A DNA stretch of 64,000 nt from Octopus sinensis (taxonomy: Eukaryota). Of this stretch, positions 11,541-24,117 are shown one piece after another; the stretch's first letter is position 1; each line of letters starts with the position of its first letter. The DNA lies in contig NC_043006.1 of NCBI RefSeq assembly GCF_006345805.1, positions 94,674,001 to 94,738,000 of the forward strand, read 5' to 3'. The translations under genes were made by a program, and so were the position numbers. The notes under the pieces were generated by a model, which saw only the letters and a list, made by a program, of their open reading frames with translations, did not search any database and was not told the origin of the DNA.

Positions 11541-12341
11541 TCCATTGCATAACATCACTGGTGTGGAGAGGAGGCTGGTTTGCATGAGTGACTGCTGGTC
11601 TTCCATAAAAAAACCTTACCCAAAATTGTGCTTTGGAGGGGAACGTTCTAGATACAATACCATGGTCACTCGTGACCGAAGGAGGCCTTTAGCCTTTATA
11701 TATATGGAAAAATATATATGTATGCATATATATGCACATATTTACACATTCGAACACACACAGGCACAGACACCCAGGCAAACACATGCACACACACACA
11801 TATAAAAGCACAAACACACTTGTGTGTTAAATTTGGTGTTGATGATCTCATGAATTTTGCAAAATTACGTGTATGCGTATCTGATTATATATATATGTGT
11901 ATGTATAAACGCATACATACATATATAAATATATATATGGTTTAACAATCCTTACCGTTTATTTTAACTGTTCTGTGTTTGTTACCAAATTTGACTCTCC
12001 GCAAATCCTAAATTTTATTTCATTTGCTTTAAGGGAGAAACTGTTTTGACGAAGCCGCATCTTGAACTAACGCGCGAAATGCGGATTAGATAAAACAGTG
12101 GACAACTGCTGAAGGGATTGTTCTTTATGTTGCCTGTCTTGCTTATCTATTTGTTTCTTTTGTTATTCGCAAAAAAAGTTCGATTTCCATGGTTTTATAG
12201 TTCATGTTCCCATTTTCCATCTTGTGTACGCATTTTGACGTCCGTATCTATTTTGCATGTGTATATACATATATATGTAAGTATGTACATGTATGTATGT
12301 ATATATGCAAATATATATATTATTTACATTATTATATATAC

Positions 12342-12384
<43 letters not shown>

Positions 12385-12709
12385 ATATATAGATATATAT
12401 GTATATGCATACACACACATATATATATATATATATATAATATATTTTTGTTGAAATGGAAAGATGAATTTTCTTGTTACAGATTATTAACCATGGGCTC
12501 TTAAGGAGCGTCCTCGTTCGAATTGCTTTGCTGCGCCTCTGTTTTGTTTTGTTCTGTCAACGTAATTCCTGCTTTTTCCTGAAGAGAAAGCTGCAATATG
12601 GTATCCTTATTTAATCAGAATTTGGAAAATTGTGGCCTTTGAAACATGTGTAGAATGTAATAAAAGGAATTCTGTACAATCTTCGTTCAACTCCATTTCT
12701 TCCATTCAC

Positions 12710-12767
<58 letters not shown>

Positions 12768-13061
12768 TATATATCAATAATAACAAAGGGTAAAATTAAT
12801 TAATTAAGAATTAATCAATAATTTCACCAAGTAGAATTCGGCATGAGAAAAGGACCATTTCACGGTAAACTTAAGTAATACTTAATAATTAGGGTTCAGC
12901 AAAAATTTGCTTTACCACATACCGAAGTTTAGAAATAGCAACCAAAAAACCTTAGCTATTTCTTCTACTTTAAAAAGGGACTCCCAGAGAAACCAAAATA
13001 CTTGAAAACAATTCACACAGGCAGAGAGGAAAGCAACGGAAATCAATCAATATCTGGTCAT

Positions 13062-13142
13062 CCACGGACGCGCGTTTCGGAATTACATTGGAATAAAGAA
13101 TATAGAATTATACTTTACCAACCATTTTCCTCATCAGCATGG
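13062..13142 (-). ncRNA. Type I hammerhead ribozyme motif with fully canonical core
   Basis: Minus strand reads CCATG-CTGATGA-GGAA...TTCC-GAAAC-GCGC-GTC-CGTGG. Helix I 5 bp (one GU), helix II GGAA/TTCC, palindromic helix III (ACGCGCGT), GUC triplet. It lies between perfect 24-bp inverted repeats at 12875-12898 and 13247-13270. Confidence 0.8.
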
Positions 13143-13267
13143 CATTCCTCGATAATTCGAAGGTACTGGAATAATTGAACATATCTCTCCACCTAACGGT
13201 ATCAGACAGATCATATTCAGTGTCAGTACCGCCGAATTCAAAATAATGAACCCTAATTATTAAGTAT

Positions 13268-13424
<157 letters not shown>

Positions 13425-14208
13425 CATATATATATACATATATATAATCTTCCACACAAATTCTATATTACTGTGCACTGTTCACATACACTGGACAGAA
13501 TGCGAGGCGTTAAAACCAGTATTTACCCGTATATGTTTAGTGCTGTATAACGATTTTAATCGTAATTACTCACACAGTAATTAACTATATTATTAGGAGG
13601 AGGTAACAGAATTGTGCATAAATCCCTATTAAAGTAATTTTAAATAATTAGTTAATGACGACCCTGAATTGTGATAACCTTCAAGGTATAGGATATCCAC
13701 ACAGATAATTACGATTCTATTTGTGTGTTTGTGTAAATATACATATATACGCATAGGCTCACTCATTTGCGTATTCTCCATGCTTTCATACCCTTGATTG
13801 TCACTCATTCTCATTGCTTCTGTCTGTTTTTGTATGTGTTTGTATGTGTGTGTGTGTGTTCGTTTATACATATGTGCGCGCGTAGGTGTGTGAGCACCTT
13901 TCTATCTTTCTATGTCTGAATGACTATAATACTTTGTGTATGTTAATGTGTGTGTGTGTGTGAGTGTGTGTGTGTGTTGTGCCTATGAGCATAATATATA
14001 CATGTACACGGATTTGCTCACAATCTTCCTTTTCTCTTTCTCTCGTTTCTACTCCCTCATTATCTTCATCAGTCTCACCCACACAGCTACCTCTTCGCTA
14101 CATAAGCGGGGACCTCAAGGTCGTTACCTTTGAAAGTTGGTGGGAATACTGCGTATGAGACAAAATTATCAAACCCCCATTTGAAACCACATTTGTATAA
14201 GGCTGCAT

Positions 14209-14433
14209 CGGTGGTTCTCAAACATTTTTGTTGCCTATGGACACCTTTGATTCTTTTTCTTCATTCGGGTGGATCTTCATAACCATTTAATTTTTTTATT
14301 ATTAGGAATTGTATTTAAAAATTGTTAAAAATATTTTGTGTGTTGTAGAAACAGAAGCAATTTATTGCTCATCAACAATAAAATCTTATATGGAATTCTC
14401 GTGGGTCATATGAACCCCGATTGTGAGCCACTG
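14209..14433. mobile_element. hAT-type MITE
   Basis: Imperfect TIRs cggtggttctcaa / ttgtgagccactg, flanked by 8-bp TSD-like repeats ggctgcat (14201-14208) and ggctacat (14434-14441). Confidence 0.8.
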
Positions 14434-15254
14434 GGCTACATCATGAGTCACAAGTACTCTCTTTCAAATTTGAAGTTTGCGCAACAGATTCCGTAATTTT
14501 GATTAACAGGTGAAGCATGTCACATTAAGTGTTCAAACTTACTTATTCTACTTAAGTCTTCAAACAAAGCTTTTATTTTTTTCTTAAAAAGTAAATGCTG
14601 TCAAGAATTTGGCTCATAATCCATTGTCACGAATCTTTTAAACGTGATATTCGTAAACTTGAGATTAGTAGAAACACAAGAAAATATGTGCCCTGAATAT
14701 AGCGCAGAGAAAATAAGTACTTTGAGGAAGTACTGAGATTATTCTGCATGGGTTTCGTTGTTTTTTATATAATAAATTTGGCAGCAGGGGAGATAAACTG
14801 CTTGAAGATATTGATTACGACTCTATGAGCTCAAATCCTACCAAGCTCTAATCTGACTTGTATTCATCCTGGTTGATGCATGCGACATTAATGAAGTACT
14901 AAAATCGTTTTTACATTTTTCTCTTTGCTAGTTTCTCGCTATTCTGCTACACTCGTCTGCCCTGTATGAGTCTTTCTCTGTCTTGCCCTGTCCCCCCTAT
15001 CTCTCTCGATCGAAATCGGCTCCAAGCTAAACATGGAGTAGTGCCACTCCCAATTATCGATTCACCAAACACCTTCTCTCGGCTTCGTGTATCAGTGAAC
15101 ACGGGAAGCAATCAACCAAGCCATAGCCTTAGATATCGGATGTTTTCATAAAAGTCCCTTGTAAGGCAACCCGTATCCACAATATTTCAATGAACCACAT
15201 TTAATTTTCTTTTTCATGAAATTAAAGGAATCAATATTAATAAAAATAACAATG

Positions 15255-15269
15255 GTAATAATAATAATA

Positions 15270-15368
<99 letters not shown>

Positions 15369-15376
15369 GGTGATAT

Positions 15377-15413
<37 letters not shown>

Positions 15414-15435
15414 GAAGAAGAAGAAGAAGAAAAAG
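15255..15435. repeat. Mosaic trinucleotide array (AAT)n-(GAT)n-(GGT)n-(GAT)n-(AAG)n
   Basis: Direct inspection. Similar mosaics occur at 10140-10350, 21525-21755 and 51760-51990. Confidence 0.95.
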
Positions 15436-15439
15436 AAAC

Positions 15440-15960
15440 ATATTATAACTTGGTTACAAAGATGGGCTACAGTTAACATTCTGCTGAATACCAGGAATGT
15501 GCTTGTCAGTTGCTTGACCATAACCAGTTGAGCATGTCTTTTAGTGGCTGACGATATAGGTATCTCAGGTCACCAAAAGGTGTAGTGGGAGCAGCCATGA
15601 ATGAAAGGGACTTTTAGGAGTATAAATCATTCACTCATGGAAACATCATCTTTAAACAAACCATATTCAGGGATCTTTTGAGAGGGGTGGCCTTTTCGAC
15701 CTCAAGAAAATTCTAACTGGGTGGCAGCTATAATGTCAGGCGCTGCTTATCTTGATATGAGTTCACCAAGTTGCGCATATACGGTTGTGACGCATGTACC
15801 TGGTGTACCCATATCAAATAGGTAGTTATGATGGGTACATTAACCTTTGTATATTTGTAACCTATAGTCTCTTTCCGACGGCATGTGCTGCCCTCTCACT
15901 GAATAATAATAACAATGACAGCAAGAAGAGTAACAATAATAATAATACTGATAACAGTAA
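15440..15960 (+). mobile_element. Probable retroposon 3' end with (AAT)n tail
   Basis: A block of balanced GC ending ...gcatgtgctgccctctcactgaataataat(aat)n. It resembles a common octopus interspersed repeat from memory only. Single copy in this window. Confidence 0.35.
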
Positions 15961-16586
15961 TAACAGTAATGTTAAAATAATAATAATATATCAAAATATT
16001 GCATTTAATAATAAATGTAAAATAATAATCCATTTAATAATAAAAAAATTAATCTACATAAACCAACTCAAACTGTAAAGTTTAAAAAATTGAACAAACA
16101 AAAAGGATCTAAAAAAGATTTCGATAAACAGAAAGACGAGGGACAACAAGCACAAGAAATAATTCCCGCGCAAAATAGATGAATAACACATACACACACA
16201 CACTCACACACACATACGCACACATTCACGCACACTCACATGCACACACACACATACACACAAACTCACACACATACACACACACTCACACACACTCACA
16301 TACACACACACTCACACGCACATACACACACATACGCACAAACTCACACACACACTCACACACACACTTACACACACATATGCACACATACACACATACT
16401 CACACACATATACACACACACTCACACACATACACACACACTCACATACTTACACACATTCACACATGCATACATACACACACTCACTCACACACACGCA
16501 CACATACATATATACATATATGTGTACGTATATATGTAAATATATACGTATATATATATATGTATGTATATAGATATATATTTATG

Positions 16587-16627
<41 letters not shown>

Positions 16628-17086
16628 GAGAGAGACAAAAGGGGAGAGAGAAAGAGAGAAGAAAATAGAGTTAGATAGACAGACAGATAGATAGATAGAC
16701 AGATAGATAAATGTGTGTGTATATCTATGTATATATAAGCTAGAAGTAAAGTAATTGTTTGTATAATCGAAATAGATTTAGTCTTCTAAATAGCTATTAG
16801 TATAAGAGGATTTTGTCTATTTTCTTTACAAATACCTACCACACAGCGCCACTCTTGCCGTTTTTATATCGTACGTATGTACATATATTTGGGATTATAC
16901 TTAGAGTACTAATTAAGTATGCACTCCATATGTAAATATCAAAAATAAACAAACCTGTACAATGAATATATAACGTGCAACGTATTTAGTTATTGACTCA
17001 CAAGCTTCTTGCTATACACTATGTGATCAACATCAGTGTGTGCATGCATATATATATCTATATATTAGTGTATGTGTGTATGAGTG

Positions 17087-17127
<41 letters not shown>

Positions 17128-17250
17128 ATGTATATATATATATATATATGTATATAACCATATATACATATGTGTGATACCTAGCAAGTTTATGTGTTTA
17201 CTGATATGCATTTACAGACACAAGTTTACTACCATATACTCACACACACA

Positions 17251-17316
<66 letters not shown>

Positions 17317-17719
17317 ACAATACTAGTTATCACACATACATAAACACACGCACATAAGTAAATACATAAGGAAACGCTTATTGTGATCAGTTTGAGGCAG
17401 AAGCCTTTGGTGAAATCTTAACCGGCTAATAAAGTTAAGCAAATACATGTTGGGCCTCACTAATTTTAGCAAGAGAAACTGATTGATACCATTATCCCTG
17501 ATTATCATAAGCAGCTTCCAATATGTGTATATGTTGTTACATACATACATGCTCACTTACAACCTTATATGTATATATTTAAATGCATTTATAGTATTCA
17601 TCTTTCTTTCATTCTTTCATTCGCCTTCTCTCTCCCCGTCTCTCTTTCTCTCTATATATGTATACACACACACACACATACACACACACACATACACACA
17701 CACACATATATATATATAT

Positions 17720-18281
17720 AATCAAAATAAGCAACAAGGATATCCAAAGGTAATGCAGTACGATCGTTTCATGCGACTTCATTTAATTAAACAATGCAAG
17801 TATTACATCAGTTTTAAAATGTAGACCAATCTTCAGTTGCATATGGAACTGTTAGTTAAATTGAAAAGATTCATTTTTATACTTATTCCATTTACCAACA
17901 TCACAAAGAGGGTAAGTAGAGAAACACGCTTCATCAACAGAAACATCGTAGTAAATTATATTTATTTATGGAGACACTGCTTATCACTGATTTTACTTTG
18001 CTATTTAGATTTACTATTGGGGGAAGGGGTTTAATATTATTCTATTAAGTCTAGTGGAGACAACAACAAGAATCTATCTTTCATAGATAGACGAAGAGAC
18101 AGTTTATGTGGCAGAGCCATGAATCAAGTTTTCGTTGAACTTCTTTTGGTACAGATGAATGTATTTCAGCTAAAATTAGTAGGCCAAAGGTGATGTAATA
18201 CTTGCATTGTTTAATTAAATGAAATCGCATGAAACGATCGCACTGCATTACCTTTGGATATCCTTGTTGCTTATTTTGATT
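17720..18281. repeat. 91-bp inverted repeat (17720-17810 / 18191-18281) with a degenerate HHR half-motif
   Basis: The arms are reverse complements with ~2 mismatches. Each carries GAAAC-GATC-G(T/C)A with a palindromic loop and a decayed (C)TGATGT core. Confidence 0.85.
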
Positions 18282-18420
18282 GTAATCACCCCATTTTGAA
18301 TTATATGGATAATACCATACACAATTCTGGTGCCTTTAACTTAAGTACCATATTCAACTGAATCTAAATTTTCACTGAACTTATATATATATGTATATAT
18401 ATATATATATATATAATATA

Positions 18421-18492
<72 letters not shown>

Positions 18493-19220
18493 CAATAATA
18501 TGTTACATTACTCGATAGTCAAGATAAAACTCTGAGTTTCAGATGCCGAAGTGGAAATACGTGGGCCTTACAGAGGGTAACTTCAAGGCCAGGTTCAATA
18601 ACCACACTTTGAGCTTTAGGCACAATTATCTAATCATATTTGGTCTTTAAGAGATAAAGGTGTCGATTATAACATACATTGGAAGATTTTGGCCAGATGT
18701 AAGCCCTATACCAACGGCAGCGGAAGGTGCAGTCTATGCGACATGGAGAGATGGCTTATCTGGAAAATCAGCTTAGACCCTACTACATGTCTAAACACAA
18801 GGACAGAACTTTTCGGATCATTCCCAAATGTGACTAAATTTCTGTTACGTTTTTGGTCCCCTAAAGAAAACAAATAGAACATGCTTTCTATGTTATGTCC
18901 CAAGAAGATTTTATATATTTTTATATATTTTTTATGTATTTTTATATAATTTTTATGACGAAAAATGCGAGCGATGTATAAGTACGCAGGCAAGCAGAGT
19001 TATAACACAGTAATTTCCCTTTATATAACGGTATTTTTTCATAGCGTTTTCAAATAGCCAGATAACCGAAGAGATGGTGTTGTGAATTTCCACTTCGGCA
19101 TCTGAAACTCAGAGTTTTATCTTGACTATCGAGTAATGTAACATATTATTGTATAGATAAATTTCCTCTATTTACTTAATATTGAGGTCTCTTTCTTTCT
19201 TTTGTTATCTTACCGTTTTA
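18493..19220 (+). mobile_element. 5'-truncated Penelope-like element (GIY-YIG C-terminus + pLTR) with a short inverted pLTR at its 5' end
   Basis: KYVGLTEGNFKARFNNHT...RCSLCDMERWL...LNTRTELF is nearly identical to 36130-36479. Segment 18493-18558 is an inverted pLTR piece joined through GAAAT microhomology. HHR motif at 19060-19122. Confidence 0.95.
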
Positions 19221-19485
19221 CCAATATATATATATATATACATGCATACATATCAATTGGTGACCGCGTGTGTATCTTTGGCGATTTTCTTTCTCCGTCT
19301 TCCCTTCTTTGAACTTTTCTATATTTCTGACGAAGAGCTCCGCTCGAAACGTGAAGCCCTCTTTCTTTTCTTTCCTTTCCTGAGCGTCCAATAACACTGT
19401 ACTTATTCCACGCCCTAGCGTTGTTGTTTTTTCTTGATTGTTCATGTTTGGATTGACTACATATATACACACACACACACACACG

Positions 19486-19529
<44 letters not shown>

Positions 19530-19558
19530 ACACATAATAATAATAATAATAATAATAA

Positions 19559-19972
19559 GGCCTCCCAGTCCTTTCTAAGAAGGATCTGTTCACAGACACG
19601 ACAGAGTTGAGATCTATATACACTGGAAGCTATGCTAACACTATGGAAATACAACAGCAAAATGATAGCATAGGCACACGCCAGAAAAGATCACAGAAAA
19701 TGAGAAAGCTACCATACTCTGAGATACACCATTACACACAGATAAAGAAATTAAGGCTTAATAGGCCGGAAGCAGTTGTCAGAGATCTCCAAGAAAAAAT
19801 GCATTCTAATTCATGTATCAATACCAAAAGTTGTTTATCTAGAAGAAACGAAGTAGCTTTCAAACTACAAAGATCTCGAAATAGAGGCGACTCGAATGTG
19901 GAACCTAAAACAGAAACAATTCCTCTCAAAGTAGGCGCATTAAGTATGAAAAAAAAAGAACACCAGGACTAA
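19559..19972 (+). mobile_element. Degraded R4/Dong-type (RLE endonuclease) LINE fragment
   Basis: Across frameshifts it reads HRHDRV..YIHWKLC..HTPEKITENEKATIL.DTPLHTDKEIK.NRPEAVVRD...YKDLEIE..RMWNL.T...GAL. The 5' truncation abuts (TAA)n at 19536-19558. Confidence 0.85.
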
Positions 19973-20809
19973 CAAATATATATAATATACAGAAAATAGC
20001 ACTACTAGGCATCGCATATATCTTACGTAAAACACTTTATATATAACAAAAATAAGAGCATCACAACAAACCACAGCACATACCCGAGACACACAAAGCT
20101 GCTCTTGGTAGTGCAGTGAAAGCACGTGATAATAAGTCCGCATTTATCTCTCTTCATGTAGAACCTGTGTGCATTTGCCTTAGAGTGAAGGGTACCATGC
20201 ATTGCCATTTTCAAGCTGCTCTGTTAAATCAAGTCACTTAATCAGTAATCAGTTATCAGTAATCATTGAATCGCTTCATATTTGCCGTTAAAATTATTGT
20301 GTCATGAACAGAATTTTATTTTTATATCTTCTTTACTTATCAATATCTCAACTTTTTCAAGCTGCTCTGTTAAATCAAATCACTTAATCATATTATCCAG
20401 ATTATCCACAAACTACCTCGAAATACCCGTGGGGGATTTAAACGCAAAACATGAAATTCTAGACGCATATTTATATCCACTAGCTTTTAAGTTTGTTTAT
20501 CGTCATCACAGTTAAAATCTCACTAGAGTGTCACCATCAGATGTAAAAAAAATGTAAGAATACTGAATGAAAATCGATTTGTATTCCGCATGATCATATA
20601 TATATAAAGTTTCTGTCCACGAGGAATGTAAATCAATATTTCTAGCCATTTGTAGCATGATAGTCAACAGTTGCACCTACACGGTCATGTCACTAGTTGT
20701 TAGCATTGATTCTCACAGTTCATCAGACATCCAACAACCTGATGATCAACGATATTCCATCCATGACCAATCAACCTGTTTCATCTCAACCGAAAGATAT
20801 CTACCAATA

Positions 20810-20821
20810 TCTATATCTATG

Positions 20822-20890
<69 letters not shown>

Positions 20891-20899
20891 GTCTATCTG

Positions 20900-20939
<40 letters not shown>

Positions 20940-20940
20940 A
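20810..20940. repeat. (TCTA)n tetranucleotide microsatellite
   Basis: Direct inspection. Confidence 0.98.
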
Positions 20941-21527
20941 CTATCACTGTCGTATTCAACTCTCATGACTGTTCATAAATACACAGACACATGTGCGACA
21001 CTAACACACACGCATACACGCACAAAAACACACACACATGTACGCTGTCATATCTTCACACTGTAATATACTGACAATAGGATCACCGTCCACTCTCCCG
21101 AGTACATCCAGCTTTTGATGTGTATATTTTCCATTCTGAAAGGTAACCAAAATGCACCTCCTCATAAGACTAACAAGCTTGGTTGTCAGTACACTCACTG
21201 ACGAACCGACCATGCAACAGTTGATACTAAGCTATTTTTATGAAACAATAGTAGCTCGCATGTATTTATACACACGTACACAACCATATGAAGAGTTATA
21301 TGTGTTTATATGTATATATATGTTATCGATCAGAGGGTCAAATGTAATTTTGGACATTATCGATAATATTGCTCCCAGTCTGGAGGCATCAGCAAGAACC
21401 TTGCCGATAATGGAGCTCAAACATAACAAAACGAGACGAGCTCGAGACGAGACCATTTGTGGACGGACGATGGACAAAACAATAAACAGAATAAAGGCTT
21501 AAGGCTAGACGAAGACAAGAATTATTA

Positions 21528-21588
<61 letters not shown>

Positions 21589-21589
21589 T

Positions 21590-21620
<31 letters not shown>

Positions 21621-21655
21621 ATAATAATAATAATATAATAATAATAATAATAATA

Positions 21656-21709
<54 letters not shown>

Positions 21710-22837
21710 GTAATAATAATAATGATAATGATAATAATAATAGTAATAATAATAATGCGAGGGTTAGAGTGAGAAGCACAGAAAAATGTAACCAGACCGA
21801 TCCAAGGCAACGCGAAAATGAATGACCTCGCCTTAGGTCACGTGATAGTGAGAAGAGAGTAACAGAGAAAGAAGGAAAGAAAGGAAATTAAGAGAAACAA
21901 AGTAAAAGTAAGAGACAAAGTGGCACAAATAAATTCCAAGAATATTTGTACAAAAGAGTAAAAAAAAATTAAGGCGTGCGCGCGTTACATAATCAGTATT
22001 TTCAGGATTAAATAAAAACGAGACCACAAGCGGCAAATATGACGTACCTTATATATACAAAATAAAAAAAAAACGTGTAGTGAATAAGCAAACGAATACA
22101 TACTAAATAAACAGGTGAACAGGTGAACAGAACACAGAAGGTCACTAACTCCTCATCAGTTATCGGACAGATAGTCGAGCGCAATTTCGGCTATTATCGA
22201 TAACATTACTTCCACTTAGTTGTCTGTCACTAAGCCTTTATTCTGTTCATTGTTTTGTCGCTTTTTAATTTACTACACGTTTTTAAAATTATATATATAT
22301 ATATGTATAGGTACGTCATATTTTCCGTTTGTTCTCTTCTTTTTATATAACTATATACACACATACATGCATATATATATATACACACGTATATATATAT
22401 ATGTATATATATGTGTGTATATATATATACATACATATAAATCCCCCCCACACACATATTAATGCGCTTTAAAATTGTAAATGTAAATGACAGCAATCAG
22501 CCGCAACACAGCGTAGGCAATATGAATGCACTTATTGACTATGATAATACAATGAAAGGGACTATGATAATACATTGACTATTCTATGTATATATTCACG
22601 GTTTTCTTTGAATTTTAAAGCTTATACACTCTTCATCGAAAACAATGGAAATCTCCATCCCGACAATTGGAATTTCAGAGGTGTAAAGTAATAATATTGA
22701 AGAAGAACCAACGATGAATACTAGTATATATACACATAAAACATTTCCCTTATCGTTAATCAACATTAGTTCACAACTGGTGTACGCTTGGATAATATAT
22801 CCCTAAGAAAGAAAAACTTCTTTCTATACAGAATTAC

Positions 22838-22872
<35 letters not shown>

Positions 22873-22951
22873 CATAATAATATTAGGGAGTATAACTCCT
22901 AGCTTACAGGGAAAAATTCAATTTAGCATTAAATCAAATTTACCAGTATAA

Positions 22952-23062
22952 ATATAAAATATGAATTAGAGATAAAACCACTATTATGCAACTCAAACAG
23001 TGATAGACATAAACCAATACATAAATAACAAATAATATATATAATTAATATAATATAATATA

Positions 23063-23128
<66 letters not shown>

Positions 23129-23284
23129 GTATATATATGTATATATATTAATATAATATATAATATATATATATATTATATAAAATGTTAATTATATATA
23201 TTATTTGTTATTTATGTATTAGCTTATGTCTATCACTGTTTGAGTTGCATCATAGTGGTTTTATCTCTAATTCATATTTTATAT
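22952..23284. repeat. ~97-bp inverted repeat around a (TA)-rich spacer (22952-23048 / 23188-23284)
   Basis: The arms are reverse complements with about three substitutions. Confidence 0.9.
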
Positions 23285-23479
23285 GTATATACATATATAT
23301 ATAGATAGTTATATCACACCACACCACACTACACCATACCACACTACACATCACATCAAAACACTCCACCACACACCAGCACTGACCAATTCCCATCCCC
23401 ACATTTCCACATTTTCACACCTACACATACACACACGCACACGTCAAGACCAACAGCCCTCTTACATACTCTCTTATAC

Positions 23480-23757
23480 ACACACGTACCTTCGTTTTGG
23501 GGGTCATCTTTACTTTGTTATCTGGCCTACTTCTTCGCCCTACTGTGTGACACTTCTGTCCGGCAGTCGCCATGATAGATCAATAGCCACTACACACATT
23601 TCTCCCTCTCCTTGTTTTTTTGTTCTGGGTTCCTTTCTGTAGAAGAGCGTAGGATCGAAACGTAAAAAACTTTTTCAATTCCTGAGCGTTAGACTAATAC
23701 ATCTGTTTGTTTTGTAACACCACCTGTCTTCGTCTTGTTTTGTTTTTTTCGTGAACT
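23480..23757 (+). mobile_element. Short HHR-bearing repeat (solo pLTR-like), same family as 1-185
   Basis: HHR-like motif at 23633-23668 (CTTT-CTGTAGA-A-GAGC..GATC-GAAAC-GTA-AAAA). Related pieces at ~19300-19450, 29100-29230, 30650-30790 and 54600-54790 (minus). Confidence 0.65.
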
Positions 23758-23760
23758 CAT

Positions 23761-23970
23761 AGAGGTGCAATGGCCTAGTGGTTAGGGCAGCGGACTCGCG
23801 GTCGCAGGATCGCGGTTTCGATTCTCAGACCGGGCGTTGTGTGTGTTTATTGAGCGAAAACACCTAAAAGCTCTACGAGGCTCCGGCAGGGGGTGGTGAT
23901 CCCTGCTGTACTCTTTCACCACAATGGCGGTGCCCCAGCATGGCCACAGCTCAAGAGCTGAAACTGGAAA
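23761..23970 (+). mobile_element. tRNA-derived SINE with CR1-type 3' tail
   Basis: A box tggcctagtgg and B-box-like ggtttcgattc, shared central domain, tail ggcggtgccccagcatggccacagctcaagagctgaaac. Confidence 0.9.
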
Positions 23971-24047
23971 AACAAAACAAAAAAAAACTCTCCCTATATA
24001 TATATGTTTGTATATTGTATCTGTATCTGTGTATGTGTAAGCAAATT

Positions 24048-24117
<70 letters not shown>

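Noticed and set aside
12575-12660. HHR-like CTGAAGA..AAAG/CTTT-GAAAC-AT-GTG, plus similar decayed motifs near 12040, 31060, 49680 and 51090
   Set aside because: Cores, cleavage triplets or helix I are broken. They are probably old pLTR remnants but cannot be supported individually.
20208-20390. 37-bp direct repeat ttttcaagctgctctgttaaatcaa.tcacttaatca spaced ~145 bp
   Set aside because: It looks like a simple local duplication, with no TSD, TIR or LTR features to support an element.
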